A stretch of DNA of 42,281 nt from Chiloscyllium plagiosum (Eukaryota). Below, one piece after another: positions 24,093-36,209 of the stretch. The stretch spans positions 14,506,364 to 14,548,644 of the forward strand of contig NC_057719.1 of the NCBI RefSeq assembly GCF_004010195.1, given 5' to 3'. The position numbers and the translations under genes were made by a program. Below the pieces are notes generated by a model, which saw only the letters and a program-made list of their open reading frames with translations, was not told the origin of the DNA and did not search any database. Within the stretch, counting starts at the first letter, position 1. Each line of letters starts with the position of its first letter.

Positions 24093-24530
24093 AAATCAGA
24101 AATTGCTGGATAAACTCAGGTCAGGCAGCATCCTGGAAGAGAAGGTAGACAAGCAGTAGGCTGGAAGAACTCAGCAAGCCAGGCGGAATCAGGAGGTGGA
24201 GAAGTCAACGTTTCGGGTCTTCTTCAGGACTACGTTCAGGATTTTGGTCACACCTGAAACATTGACTTCTCCACCTCCTGATGCTGCCTGGCTTGCTGTG
24301 TTCTTCCAGCCTCCTGATGGTCTCCCTCTGGATTCCAGCATCTGCAGGTTTTTTTGTCTCTGTAGAGAGAAAGCAGAGTTAATGTTTTGGATCCAAAACA
24401 ATTCTAAAGAAGGGAGGGTCACTGATCCTGAATCGTTAACTCTTTTACTTTCTCCAGAGATGCTGCCCGACCTGCTGAGTTTTTCCAGTAATTTCAGATT
24501 TCCAACATCTGCAGTTCTTTGTTTTATTTT
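24093..24530. mobile_element. Fold-back PLE (family 3) containing a nested second fold-back PLE terminus (about 24140-24355)
   Basis: Outer arms are aaattgctgga / tccagtaattt and inner arms are caggaggtggagaagtcaa / ttgacttctccacctcctg. Confidence 0.7.
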
Positions 24531-24817
24531 TTAAATATGCCTCTCTTCTGGTTTAGCTTTACCAGAGTGACGCTGTGGTTCCTGTAAAGCCATGGCCCAG
24601 AATGGAGCATGGAAATATTGTTTTAAGATAGTTTAAATCACTTTATGCTTGCAGATGGCTGGAGAAAACAGGGAGAGAGGTTAATTCGAAAACTTACAAA
24701 CTGGCTGTAACAATATTGATTGCCAAAACACTGCATATTAATAGAACACTGATGGGAAAACCATTTTCCTGATGTTCAAAACACCCATGTGGAAGAATAA
24801 ATCAAACGGCTACTTAC

Positions 24818-25091
24818 ACAGAGCTTTGGCCTATTAGTGAAGCTCTATGTCCTGCTGGGGGCTCATTTTTACTCCTTGTCGTGTTTTTTGTGCTGCTGTC
24901 AGTCCTCTGGAATACGTTTGAGCGCAAAGCAGACGACCGAGATGAGAAGGATCTTGACGAGAACATGCGGGGTATGTAGGGCTGTTCTGGAACAATTTCT
25001 TCACACCTTGAACCCTGGAACCCTGACCGACAGACGCAGAGCTGAGGTCGTGAACACGAGCCTCTGTTCTGGCACGGTGGATCACACACGG
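24818..25091 (-). CDS. LTBP2: Internal coding exon (274 bp) of latent TGF-beta-binding protein 2-like gene; first EGF-like domain plus Ser/Arg-rich linker
   Basis: Minus strand reads ...gatttttcctaatttggcatttctcaacag|CC GTG TGT GAT CCA... and translates (x)[36 protein letters not shown]...GQSS. It ends tct gt|gtaagt at a perfect donor (24812-24817). The 6-Cys motif [19 protein letters not shown] matches what I recall of LTBP2 exon 3. Entry is phase 1 and exit phase 2. Neighbouring exons were not found in the window. Confidence 0.9.
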
Positions 25092-25659
25092 CTGTTGAGA
25101 AATGCCAAATTAGGAAAAATCAGCAGAATAGAGATTTCAAAAGCAAACAATGTGGACAACACTGATATAGAGAAACTCACCCTCTTTTTGACAGGGATTA
25201 ATAAAATGGAATATTTGCAGTTCTTTTCTGCCAACAAAGCAAATGATGAGAGAGGATGTCTTTGATTTGAAAATCATGATCAGAAAACTCATAAATGTCT
25301 GTTGCTCCCTCACAGCATATTCCTTTTTGAAGTTTGTATTTATGGCCTGTGTCATTTGCAACTCAGATGTTTGCAGTTTCAGAGTCAGAGGTTGTGGGAA
25401 TAAATCTCAACCCAAAGTAGGTCCTGTAAATCAGATCTAGCATCAAACCCAAGCATGATGTCTCAGTCCTATTGCTAACTGCCCTTGTCACATGGCTGTC
25501 ACTTCGCACTTGAAATGGAAGGTTGGGAATCTACCTTTTCTACCCAGTCTCACTGATGTATGACCCTCAGAAATGTGATTGTCTCCCAACAGCCCCCCCC
25601 AAAACGGATGAGTATTCCACTCAGTTGTCTAAAGTCATTTTGAGAAAGTCTGCGATGAT

Positions 25660-25929
25660 GCATTAGATAGTTGGATAGAGCTATTTAGGATAGTGGAACC
25701 AAGGGTTATGGGGATAAGGCAGGAACAGGGTACTGATTGAGGATGATCAGCCATGATCATAATGAAAGGGCAGAATGGCCCACTTCTGCACCTATTGTCT
25801 ATTGTTAGGTCTATCCAAGGGTTATGGGGATAAGGCAGGAACAGGGTACTGATTGAGGATGATCAGCCATGATCATAATGAAAGGGCAAATGGCCCACTT
25901 CTGCACCTATTGTCTATTGTTAGGTCTAT
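25660..25929 (+). mobile_element. CR1 3' tail, tandemly duplicated (25699-25814 / 25815-25929)
   Basis: Two 116/115-bp copies differing by a single-base indel. Confidence 0.85.
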
Positions 25930-25940
25930 CTAGAAATTTC

Positions 25941-26370
25941 AAAATGGCGGCAGAGGAGTGCTCCTGAGCTCAATCGTGGAGGCAGTGGCGTTGTTGGCAG
26001 CAGCTAGGGACCAAAAGCAGGGACTTTGCCAGTTAGCCACAAGGTTGTTGGTGTACCCGGGCAGAACTCTGGCAGTCAGCGGCATCATGGAAGTGGCTAG
26101 GGGCCCAGAGTGGCACCAGCTCTGGACTCTGGAGGCCTGTGGCGAGGCTGATGAGCCTGGATGGCAGTCGGCAGTGAGACAGCAGTGCAGAGGCATGGAG
26201 ACGGAGAACTCGAACCTAGCGTGGGGATCAAGAGATGGGGGAGAGATTGAGCTGAGTGTGGAACGATTGCAGGCCCATGGCTAAAGAAGGACTGTAATTT
26301 GTAACTTTTAACTTTATTTCTTATTTACTACTTCATACTGTGAAGAACTGTCCTGTTGAATTTATAACTT
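25941..26370 (+). mobile_element. Probable non-autonomous retroelement-derived repeat
   Basis: Abrupt GC-rich block starting aaaatggcggc and ending in a T-rich tail region; family not identified. Confidence 0.35.
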
Positions 26371-26376
26371 ATTTAA

Positions 26377-27060
26377 TCATAGAGTCATAGAGATGTTCAG
26401 CATGGAAACAGACCCTTCTGTCCAACTAGTTCATGCCGACCAGATATCCTAACCTAATCTAACCTAATCCCATTTGCCAGCACTTGGCGCATTCGCCTCT
26501 CAACCATTCCTATTAATTTACCCACCTCAATGCCTTTTAAATATTGCAATTGTACCAGCTTTCACCACTTGTTCTGGCAGTTCATTCCGTACACGCACCA
26601 CCCTCTGTGTGAAAAATTTGCCCCTTAGCTTCATTTTAAATGCTTTCCCTCTCACCCCAAACCTATGCCCTCCAGTTCTGGACTCCCCCAACCCAGGGAA
26701 AAGACCTTATCTATTTACCCTATTCATTATAAACCTCTACAAGTTCACCCCTCAGCCTCTTACACTCCTGGGAAAACAGCCCCAGCCTATTTAGCCTCGC
26801 TCTATAGCTCAAGTCCTCCAACCCTGGCAACATCCTTGTAAATATTTTCTGAACCCTTTCAAGTTTCACAACATCTTTCCGATAGGAAGGAGACCAGAAT
26901 TGCACGTAATATATCAACAGTGGCCTAACCAATGTCCTGTACAGCTGGAACATGACCTCCCAACTCCTGTACTCAATACTCTGACCAATAAAGGAAAGCA
27001 TACCAAATGCCTTCTTCACTATCCTATCTACCAGCGACTCCACTTTGAAGGAGATATGAA
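26377..27060 (-). mobile_element. HER1/CR1 LINE 3' fragment
   Basis: Encodes VKKAFGMLSFIGQSIEYRSW..RLRGELVEVY, with a catagagtcatagag tail. Confidence 0.92.
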
Positions 27061-27209
27061 CTCCTTTATTTTTCTACTCTTTACATAAGATTTTTATATG
27101 AGATTACAGAGCAAAAAGGGCTGGATTTGCAGTCGTTGCTCCCAGTGCCAATGTTGATGCTGAGTGCTCGATTAGTTCCTTTCTGTAGATTTCATCCTGA
27201 TTTGATACA

Positions 27210-27490
27210 ACTAACATGCCTGCTGGGCCATCTCAGGGGACAGTTCAGAGTCAACAACATCGCTCTAGAGTGTTTGGAGTCACATGGAGGCCAGACCAGG
27301 AAAGGACTACATTAGCAAATCAGATGGTAGGTTACAAAAGCAATTGGCTTCATGGGTCACCATTCACCTCGCTTTATAATTCCAGCTTTATGAATTTCAC
27401 CATCTGCCAGAGTGGGATCCAATGCCATGTCCCCAGAGCATTCAGCAGGATCGCCGATGCAGCGATATTGCCCACTACTTTACCACCTCT
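27210..27490 (-). mobile_element. tRNA-derived SINE (31-390 family), degenerate
   Basis: ggagtcacatggaggccagaccagg; atttcaccatctgcc. Confidence 0.7.
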
Positions 27491-27504
27491 TACCCGAGAT
27501 TTCC

Positions 27505-28620
27505 AAGAGTTTCTATTGTCTACAAGCCTGGAGTGTGATGACGTTCCCTCCACTTGCCTGGATGAGAGCTCATCCAATAAGAGCTCAACGTGCCAGGAAC
27601 CCGGGTTTGATTCCACTTCCAGGAGACTGTCTGTGTGAAGTCTGCATATTCTCCCCTGTGTCTGTGTGGGTTTCCTCCAGGAGCTCCAATTTCCACCCAC
27701 ACTCCAAAGATGTACAGGTTAGGTTATTTACAGATTACTTACTTACTTACAGATTACTTACAGTGTGGAAACAGGCCCTTCGGCCCAACAAGTCCACACT
27801 GACCCGCCGAAGCGCAATCCACCCAGACCCATTCCTCTACATTTACCCCTTCACCTAACACTATGGGCAATTTAGCCTGGCCAATTCACCTAACCTGCAC
27901 ATTTTTGGATTGTGGGAGGAAACCGGAGCACCTGGAGGAAACCCACGCAGACACAGGGAGAATGTGCAAACTCCACACAGAGAGTCACAGAGAGTTAAGG
28001 TGGATTGGCCATGCTAAATCGCCCCGTAGTGTCAAGGGACGTGCAGGCTAGGTGGATTAGCCATAGGAAATGCAGGGTTACAGGGATAAGGTAGGGAGGG
28101 TGGATCTAGGTGGGATGCTCTTCGGAGGGCCAGTGTGAACTCAATGGCCTGAATGGCCTGCTTCCACACTGTAGGGATTCTATGAATAAAATTCAAGAAG
28201 CTCAACACCATCCAAGGCAGAGGGGCTCCCTTGACTGACACCCTGTATGTGCTCCTCCTCTACCAAGACTGCACCATCGATTATTCTGTCTACAAAATGC
28301 AATGTAGAAATGTGCTAAATCTCTTTCCAAAGCAGATACTTTTCAAACCCACAATCTGGAAGAGTAGGAGTAGCAGATGCATGGGGACTATTGCCTGCAA
28401 CTTCCCCTCCAAATCCCTCACTATCCTGATTTAGAACCCTCACCATTAACTCACTGTCACTGGGACAAGGTCCCTGAATTCTCCATCTAATTGCATGAGA
28501 TATGAGTATCCACATCACAAAGGTTCAAGGAGGCAAATCACAACCACATTCTCAAAACCTTTTAGGCAATAAATTCTGACCTTGACAGTGATGTTTGCAT
28601 CATCCCATCAAGAATAAAAA
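27505..28620 (+). mobile_element. Triple nest: old LINE 3' end > HE1 SINE (+, 27588-28186) > young HE1 SINE (-, 27728-27986)
   Basis: The outer SINE resumes at ggtggattggccatgc and the LINE resumes at caagaagctcaacaccatcca. Confidence 0.8.
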
Positions 28621-28715
28621 AAAGTTAGCCAGCCCTAAAATAATCCTCCTCATGAATGTCCATGGACATGCCAAAATTGAGAAAGCCATTTCACAAACTA
28701 CATACACTTTCGCGA

Positions 28716-29315
28716 GGGGTGGTGGTGTCGTGGTTATTCACTGGTATAGCAATCCAGAACCCCAGGCTGATGCCTAAAGACACAGGTTTGAATCCCACTG
28801 TGACAGACTTGGATGGCATGGTGGCTCAGAGATTGGCACTGCTGCCTCACAGCACAGGGAATCCCCATGGCTGACCGTCAGTGTGGAGTTTGCACATTCT
28901 CCCCGTATCTGCGTGGGTTTCCTCTCATAGTCCCAGATGTGCAGATTAGATTGATTGGCCATGCTAAATTGCTATGGAGTCCAGGGATCTGTAGGCTAGA
29001 TGGATTAGCCATGGGAAATATGGAGGTAGAAATGGGCGGGATGCTCCTTGGTAGGTAGTTGTGAACTTGATGGGCAGAATGGCCTCCTTCCACACTGTAG
29101 GGATTCAATGATTCTTTATAAAAAGCACATCTAATGCTGACCAAGTAATCACTGTTGTATAAACAATGGTTCGCTAACATATTTTGAGAAGGAAATCTGC
29201 CATCCCCACCTGGTCTAGAAGTAACTCCAGATGCACAACAGTGTGGTTTATTCTTAACTAGGGATAGGTCATCAATGCTGGCCCAGCCAGAGACATTCAC
29301 ATCCTGTGACTAATT
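28716..29315 (+). mobile_element. tRNA-derived SINE interrupted by HE1 SINE (about 28810-29112)
   Basis: Head ggtggtgtcgtggttattcactgg..aatccaga; tail aatgctggcccagccagagacattcacatcc. Confidence 0.75.
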
Positions 29316-29959
29316 TAAATCACACTGGAAAAATCAAATTAGCAGTAGTAACTTGGATGAAGAGTTCAGAGAATGTTTTTGAGATCATTTCTTAGAGCAG
29401 CTCGACCTTAGAGGCAGAACACAAAGTTTTGTTGCTGTCTAGCTGTTAGTCTGATGTACGGTCCTGATTGAACTAAAATTCTCTCCAATTCAAAATTAAA
29501 ATGAAAGAAGTTTCTTTAGCCTCAAACACAAACTCTGTTTCCAAGCGACCAAATCCATTACACAGCTTGGACACTAGACGACCTCCTCCTCTGTGACCAA
29601 GAGCAGGTGCCTGATCTGATTCTGTTCCACCTTCAACTTATGTGCTACTCAAACCTCCATCCATGATTTTGGTTACATCTTCCACCCTTGGAGCTCGCTC
29701 AATCTCCTCTGCCTGAACCCTATCGCAACGTGTGCCATTCATTTCTCACCACTATGTCAACCCACAACCACTGGATCCTCATCAACCAATGCCTTGATTT
29801 TAAAATTCTCAATCTGTTCAAATTATGGTCTCACCCATCCCCAACACAGTTACCTCCTCCAGATATGCAATCTTCCCAAGTACTTGGTATTCCTCCCATA
29901 ACCCAACAAAGATCTTTACATAGCGCCGTCCAAACCCACAAATACTTCCATTTAGAAGA

Positions 29960-30235
29960 ACAAAGACCCGCAGATACTTAGGAACGTAACCACCTGCAAG
30001 CTTCCCTCCAAGCCACTCACCGTCCTTATTTGGAAATGTATTGCTATTTCTTCACTGTCACTGGGTCAAAATTCTGGAATTCCCTCCCTAATTGTATTGT
30101 GGATCTACCCACAGTGCATGAACTGCAGTGATTCAAGATGGCAGGTCATCCCCATCTTCTCCAGGGCAACTAGGGACAGGCAATAATTCCTGACACAGCT
30201 CGTGATGCACACATTCCATGAGTGAATTAAGAAAA
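29960..30235 (+). mobile_element. LINE 3' end sharing its tail with the non-HE1 SINE
   Basis: ccacctgcaagcttccctccaagccac..agggcaactagggacaggcaata..catgagtgaatt. Confidence 0.7.
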
Positions 30236-31251
30236 ATTGGTATGTATAAACTCCCAGTCTATCCTCTACATGCTACTTTGATTATCCAGTCTTGCTTCCT
30301 TTAAAATATTTCTTAAGGCTCTTTGTGGTCACCTGTCCTAGAGTCTCCACCTTTAGTTCAATTTTTTGTCACATTATGTTCCTACAAAACATCTTGTGTC
30401 ATTTTTCAATTTCAAAGGCTTTTTCCAAAATGAAAGCATTGCTATTGTTTTGTATAAGTACCATGGACAGTTCTGCAATGGCCACTGGATGGGACCTGAT
30501 TTTCTTTCACATGTAGGTTTCTCCAGATTTTTCACCCCTGTCATTACTATTCGCAGACAATCTCAGTCGAATGAACAAACCTAATAATGATTAACTCTTA
30601 TTGGTGTTGCAAAGTTCTCAGAAATCTCAGCATGTCACAGTGCCTATGACAATGAATTTGCCTGTAGGAAAAATACATTCTATCCCATCTCACTGATTAA
30701 ATGCTACAACTGGAGCCAATGGCTTGAGAAATCAGCAGATCACTGCTCCCACTTTTGATTACAATAAGTGGTGGTCATGAAATAGAAAGTTTCTTTTTGT
30801 TCTTTGCTCAACTCTGCATATTCTCTGCTTTTGCACTTTCTGAAAACCTGTCTCGAACTTAAATCTCCAAGTTTTTGCTGAAAGACCATTGACCCAAAAT
30901 AATAGTTCTCCTTTCTGATGCGACCTGACCTTAATGAGAATTTCCATCAGTTTTTGTTTTTATTAACAAAAACCCAGTTTGAGGCTTACAGCTTGCAATA
31001 AATCATCTACTAAAACGTTAAGTTTTAACTGGAAGAAAGTTTTGTTCCACTTAAAACTTTACTATCTGTAAGATTAATTTAGAAAACAAGTGTTAATGGA
31101 AACAAAATAAGAGAACTATCCCTCAGTTCCAATTTAGCAATAAGACCATTAATGGATCTTGTCTTGGAGATACTAGATAGTCCTTACATTAAATCCCTAA
31201 TTTAGAAAACAACACTCACAGTTGCTTTGGCTTGGTAATCAGTTTTTATTG

Positions 31252-31381
31252 GGGAGAAAGTGAGGTCTGCAGATGCTGGAGATCAGAGCTGAAAAGGTGT
31301 TGCTGGAAAAGCGCAGCAGGTCAGGCAGCATCCAGGGAACAGGAGAATCGACGTTTTGGGCATAAGCTCTTCTTCAGGAAT
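31252..31381 (-). mobile_element. PLE family-1 terminus with 15-bp TSD
   Basis: aatcagtttttattg at 31237-31251 and 31379-31393. Confidence 0.8.
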
Positions 31382-31657
31382 CAGTTTTTATTGTCACATG
31401 TACTCAAGTATAGGTGGAGAGTACAACATTGCCACATGAGGTGCCATCTTACGTACAAAGTACCTCGGTACAAAATCTTAACGACAGATGTAGATAAAGA
31501 AAGAAAGAAGTTAAAAAGTTCAGCACAAGAGACGTCTTATAATAAAAGTTGGAAAATAAAGAAAACTAAATTTAAAAAGTCAAACATTATAATCCTTTAT
31601 TAAGCCTTGAACCTGCAGACACTCCTAGCTGGGCTATCCACAAGAGGGCTTGCAGTC

Positions 31658-34262
31658 CACTGCACTGGTAATGCACTGTACGGGCGATACACTGCACTGG
31701 CTATACACTGCATTGGCGATACACTGCACTGGCTATACACTGCACTGGTAATGCACTGTACGGGTGATACACTGCACTGGCTATACACTGCACTGGTGAT
31801 GCACTGCACTGGCGATGCACTACACTGGCTATACACTGCATTGGTGATGCACTACACTGGCTATACACTGCACTGGTGATACACTACACTGGCTATACAC
31901 TGCACTGGGTATGCACTGCATTGGCAATACACTCCATTGGGTATACACTGCACTGGCGATGCACTGCATTGGCTATACACTGCACTGTTGATGCATTGCA
32001 CTGGCCAAACACTACATTGGTGATACACTAGATTGGTCATTCAATGTACTGGATATACACTGCACTGGACATGCACTGCACGAGTGATACACTGCACTGG
32101 TGGTACACTGCAGTGGGTATGCACTGCACTGGTTATACACTGCAATGGTGATACACTGCAGTGGGTATACACCGCACTGGTTATACACTGCAATGGTGAT
32201 ACACTGCAGTGGGTATGCACTGCACTGGCTATACACAGCACTGGTCCTACACTGCATTGGCGATACACTGCATTGGGAATGCACTGCACTGGAGATAAAC
32301 TGCACAGGCTATACACTGCACTGGCTATACACGGCACTGGTGATACACTGCACTGGTGATACACTGCACTGGTTATACACTGCACTGACTATATACTGCA
32401 CTGGGTACACACTGCACTGGGTACGCACTGCACTGGTTATACACTGCACTGGGTATACACTGCACTGGCAATACACTGCAGTGGGTATACACCACACTGG
32501 CCATACACTGCACTGTGTATACACCGCACTGGCCATACACTGCACTGTGTATACAATGCACTGGGTGATATAATGCACTGGCTATACACTACACTGTGTA
32601 TACATTGCATTGGCAATACACTCCATTGGTGATACACTGCATTGGTGATACACTGCACTGGGTATACACTACACTAGCTATACACTTGCTATATGCTTCA
32701 CTCGTGATACACTGCACTGGTGATATACTGCTCTGGTGATATACTGCATTGGCTATACACTGCACTGGGTATGCACTGCACTGTTGATACAATGCACTGG
32801 CCATATACTGTACCGTGTACACTTTCCCCAGCACTGGGTATACTTTCCCCTGCACTGGGTATACTTTCCCCTGCACTGGGTATACTTTCTCCCTGCACTG
32901 GCTATACCTTCCCCCTGCACTGGGTATACTTTCCCCGCCATTGGGCATAATTCCTCCCTGCATTGGCTATACTTTCCCCTCCACTGGGTATACTCTTCCC
33001 CGCACTGGGTATACTTCCTCCTGCACTGAGTGTACTTTCCCCCTGCACTGGGTACACTTTCCCCCCGCACTGGGTATACTTTCCCCCCGTACTGAGTGTA
33101 CTTTCCCCCTGCACTGGGTACACTTTCCCCCTGCACTGGGTGTACTTTCCCCTGCACTGGGTATGCATGCCCACTGCACTGGGTATACTTTCCCCACACA
33201 CAGTATATACTTTCTCCTGCACTGGGTATATTTTCTCCTGCACTGGGTATACTTTCCCCTACACTGGGTCTACTTTCTCCTGCAGTGGGTATACTTTCCC
33301 GTGTGCTGGGTATACTTTCCCTCTGCACTGGGTATACTTTCCTCTTGCACTGGGTATACTTTCCCCGGCACTGGGTATACTTTCCTCTCCACTGGTGTAT
33401 ACTGTCTCCCCCCACTGGCTATACCTTCCCCCTGCACTGGGTATACTTTCACCCCGCACTGGGTATATTTTCCCCCTCCACTGGGTATACTTTCCCCTTC
33501 ACTGGGTATATTTTCCCCCTGTACTGGGTATACTTCCTCCTTCACTGGCTATACCTTCCCCCTGCACTTGGTATACTTTCACCCCGCACTGGGTACACTT
33601 TCCCCCTCCACTGGGTATACTTGCCCCTGCACTGGGTATACTTTCCCCTTCACTGGGTATACTTTCCCCCTGCACTGGGTATACTTTCCCCTTCACTGGG
33701 TATACTTGCTCCCTGCACTGAGTATACTTTCCCCTTCACTAGGTATACTTTCCTCCTGCACTGGTGTATACTTTCTCCTGCACTGGGTATACTTTCCCCC
33801 TCCACTAGGTATACTTTCCCCCCGCACTGGGTATACATTCCCCATGCACTGGGTATTCTTTCCCCCTGCACTGGTGTATACTCTCTCCTGCACTGGGTAT
33901 ATTTTCCCCCTCACTGGGTATACTTTCCCCCCGCACTGCGTATACTCTTTCCTGTACTGGGTATATTTTCCCCCTGCACTGGGTATACTCTCTCCTGCAC
34001 TGGGTATATTTTCCCCCTCACTGGGTATACTTTCCCCCCGCACTGCGTATACTCTTTCCTGTACTGGGTATATTTTCCCCCTGCACTGGGTATACTCTCT
34101 CCTGCACTGGGTATACTTTCCCCCTGCACTGGGTATACTCTCTCCTGTACTGGGTATACTTTCCCCCTGAACTGGATATACTCTCTCCTGTACTGGGTAT
34201 ACTTTTCCCCTGCACTGACTAGACCTTCTCCTACACTGGGTATACTCTCTCTTACACTGGGC
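31658..34262. repeat. 2.6-kb compound minisatellite: 16-bp unit (ATACACTGCACTGGNT) to about 32815, then about 21-23-bp unit (TATACTTTCCCCCTGCACTGGG)
   Basis: Directly visible tandem periodicity with a shared CTGCACTGG..TATAC core. Confidence 0.97.
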
Positions 34263-34769
34263 TACAATCAATTTGTGTTTGTCAGCTGCTGATCATTAAT
34301 TTATATTTTTTAACACAACGTTTTGATTACATTTTATGCAATATAATGAGGTGGTCAACAGCTTCAAGAAAGCAAGGTCTTTAAAAATCAACACGGTCTG
34401 GGGGGGAAGGCTGCTTAGTTGTCTATATAAATATTCAATGCAAAAGGTTTCATGTAAAATTATATTTACATTTTAATGGTGGATAGGTTTGAGATTTACC
34501 CATGCTGAACATTATGGTTTGTTCAACTCATGCGGCTCCATTACATACAACCTATGAAATGCGTAACACAAATTTGAAGAATTCATAATTATCGTTGGGC
34601 ATTTCCAGTCCGGTGTGTGGTAGAATACACACCGGACTGGATACATGCATTGTCAACACTGTCAAGAACTCAACACCATCCAGGACAAAGTATCAGGAAC
34701 AAAATGGGAGATTGAAGTGGAAAAAACAAGTCATCAAGAAAGGAAGAATATGGTGAGGTAGGAAACACT

Positions 34770-35086
34770 GATTAGATTAGATTCCCTTCAGTGTGGAAAC
34801 AGGCCTTTCAACCCATCTAGTCCACACTGACCCACCGAAGAGTAACCCACCTAGACCCACTTCCCTGACTAATGCACCTAACTCTACGGACAATTTAGCG
34901 TGACCAATTCACCTGATCTGCACATCTTTGGACTGTTGGAGGAAACCAGAGCACCCAGAGGGGAACCATATAGACACGGGGAGAATGTGCAAACTCCACA
35001 CAGACAGTCGCCCGAGGCTAGAATCAAACCCGGGTCCCTGGGGCTGTGAGGCAGCAGTGCTAACCACTGAGCCACCGGGCCACCCC
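34770..35086 (-). mobile_element. HE1 SINE, full length
   Basis: gattagattag tail and tRNA head. Confidence 0.92.
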
Positions 35087-36209
35087 ATGTGGAAACGTGT
35101 TTCATTTCCCTGCCCCCATCATTACAAAATGCGACTTAGAGCAATCATTTCACCCTCATAATATTGAGTTTCTCTAGCCTAAAATTGAAAAGGAACAAAC
35201 AAAACCACACATCTATATAAAGGACCAAATGAAAATGAAGAATGGAAGAGGCAAAAAAAACCACAGGAAGAGAACATCTGCTGCTTGCATATACAAAGAA
35301 AATCAGCAATACAATATAACTGAGGCTACGGGAGCAGGAGTGGGGGGCTTTGGTTTATGAGACAGTGATAACATTTCCCATGTCGGGAAAGTCAGGAAAG
35401 CTTTGCTTTGCCATTTCTGGGAGCCATGGCTGAGGTTATAACCTCAGGTAGCGACTGATACTCTGCCAGGGCTCCCATTCCAATAAGGGGATGACAAGGG
35501 CTGTCAGTCAAATGGCCAATAGGATTTCAGAGCCACCTGGAGTAATGGCCACTGCTGAAATTACACCTAGCCCTGAGAAGTGTTCTTGGATCAAAATCCA
35601 TCCAATTTTTGTCACTGGCTCACCAATGCCACTGGGATGGTGTTCTGCGATCCCATTGAGAATCCCCCATCAGCTGTCCAAGCTTGAGAGAGACCACCTA
35701 TTCCTGGTGACTTTGCCATGAGGCCTCTGCCCAACACCTCCTTTTCCCATCCGCCACTGGGAAAATAGCTGGAACAATGGGATTGGTCCTGAACTCTCAA
35801 CCTCCCCACCTGCCTGCCCACACTCTTTTTAGTCCTGTGCCCCACCCCAGCCCTCTCCTGCAGGTCTGTTAAATGCTGACCCATGATCAGCAAATGGGGG
35901 CTTGACTTCTTGAAAATCTACACACTGGAACATCAGAAAATACCAGCCTGCCAACGTACACGTGGTAGTCATGTGTGAAGTTACCCTTTGATTCATGAAG
36001 AGCAATGTTTATGATTGTAGTGGATTTTTCTCTTCCCACAAAGAAGCAGGACAATTCTGGCAAGTTAACATCCCAACAGCCTACTACCTTCAACAAAGGG
36101 ATGGAAGGGTCAGGGAGCAGCGCCCCAAGTGACACTGATCCAGTATTTGATTTCTTGTTCAGAACCAAAATATTTTTCCAGCCTTAAATCAAAATAAACA
36201 AAATTACTT

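Noticed and set aside
24837..25265. 142-aa plus-strand ORF
   Set aside because: It is the antisense shadow of the LTBP2 exon and has no recognisable product
31658..34262. CRISPR-like array
   Set aside because: Units are contiguous with no unique spacers, there are no cas genes, and the context is a vertebrate intron
31658..34262. Array of metal-response elements
   Set aside because: The unit has TGCACTG, not the TGCRCNC consensus
32753..34292. Long ORFs (451, 398, 252, 220 aa) rich in CTGYTFP / LHWVYFP
   Set aside because: They are translations of the minisatellite, open in several frames on both strands because the unit lacks stop codons. There are no splice signals or domain features.
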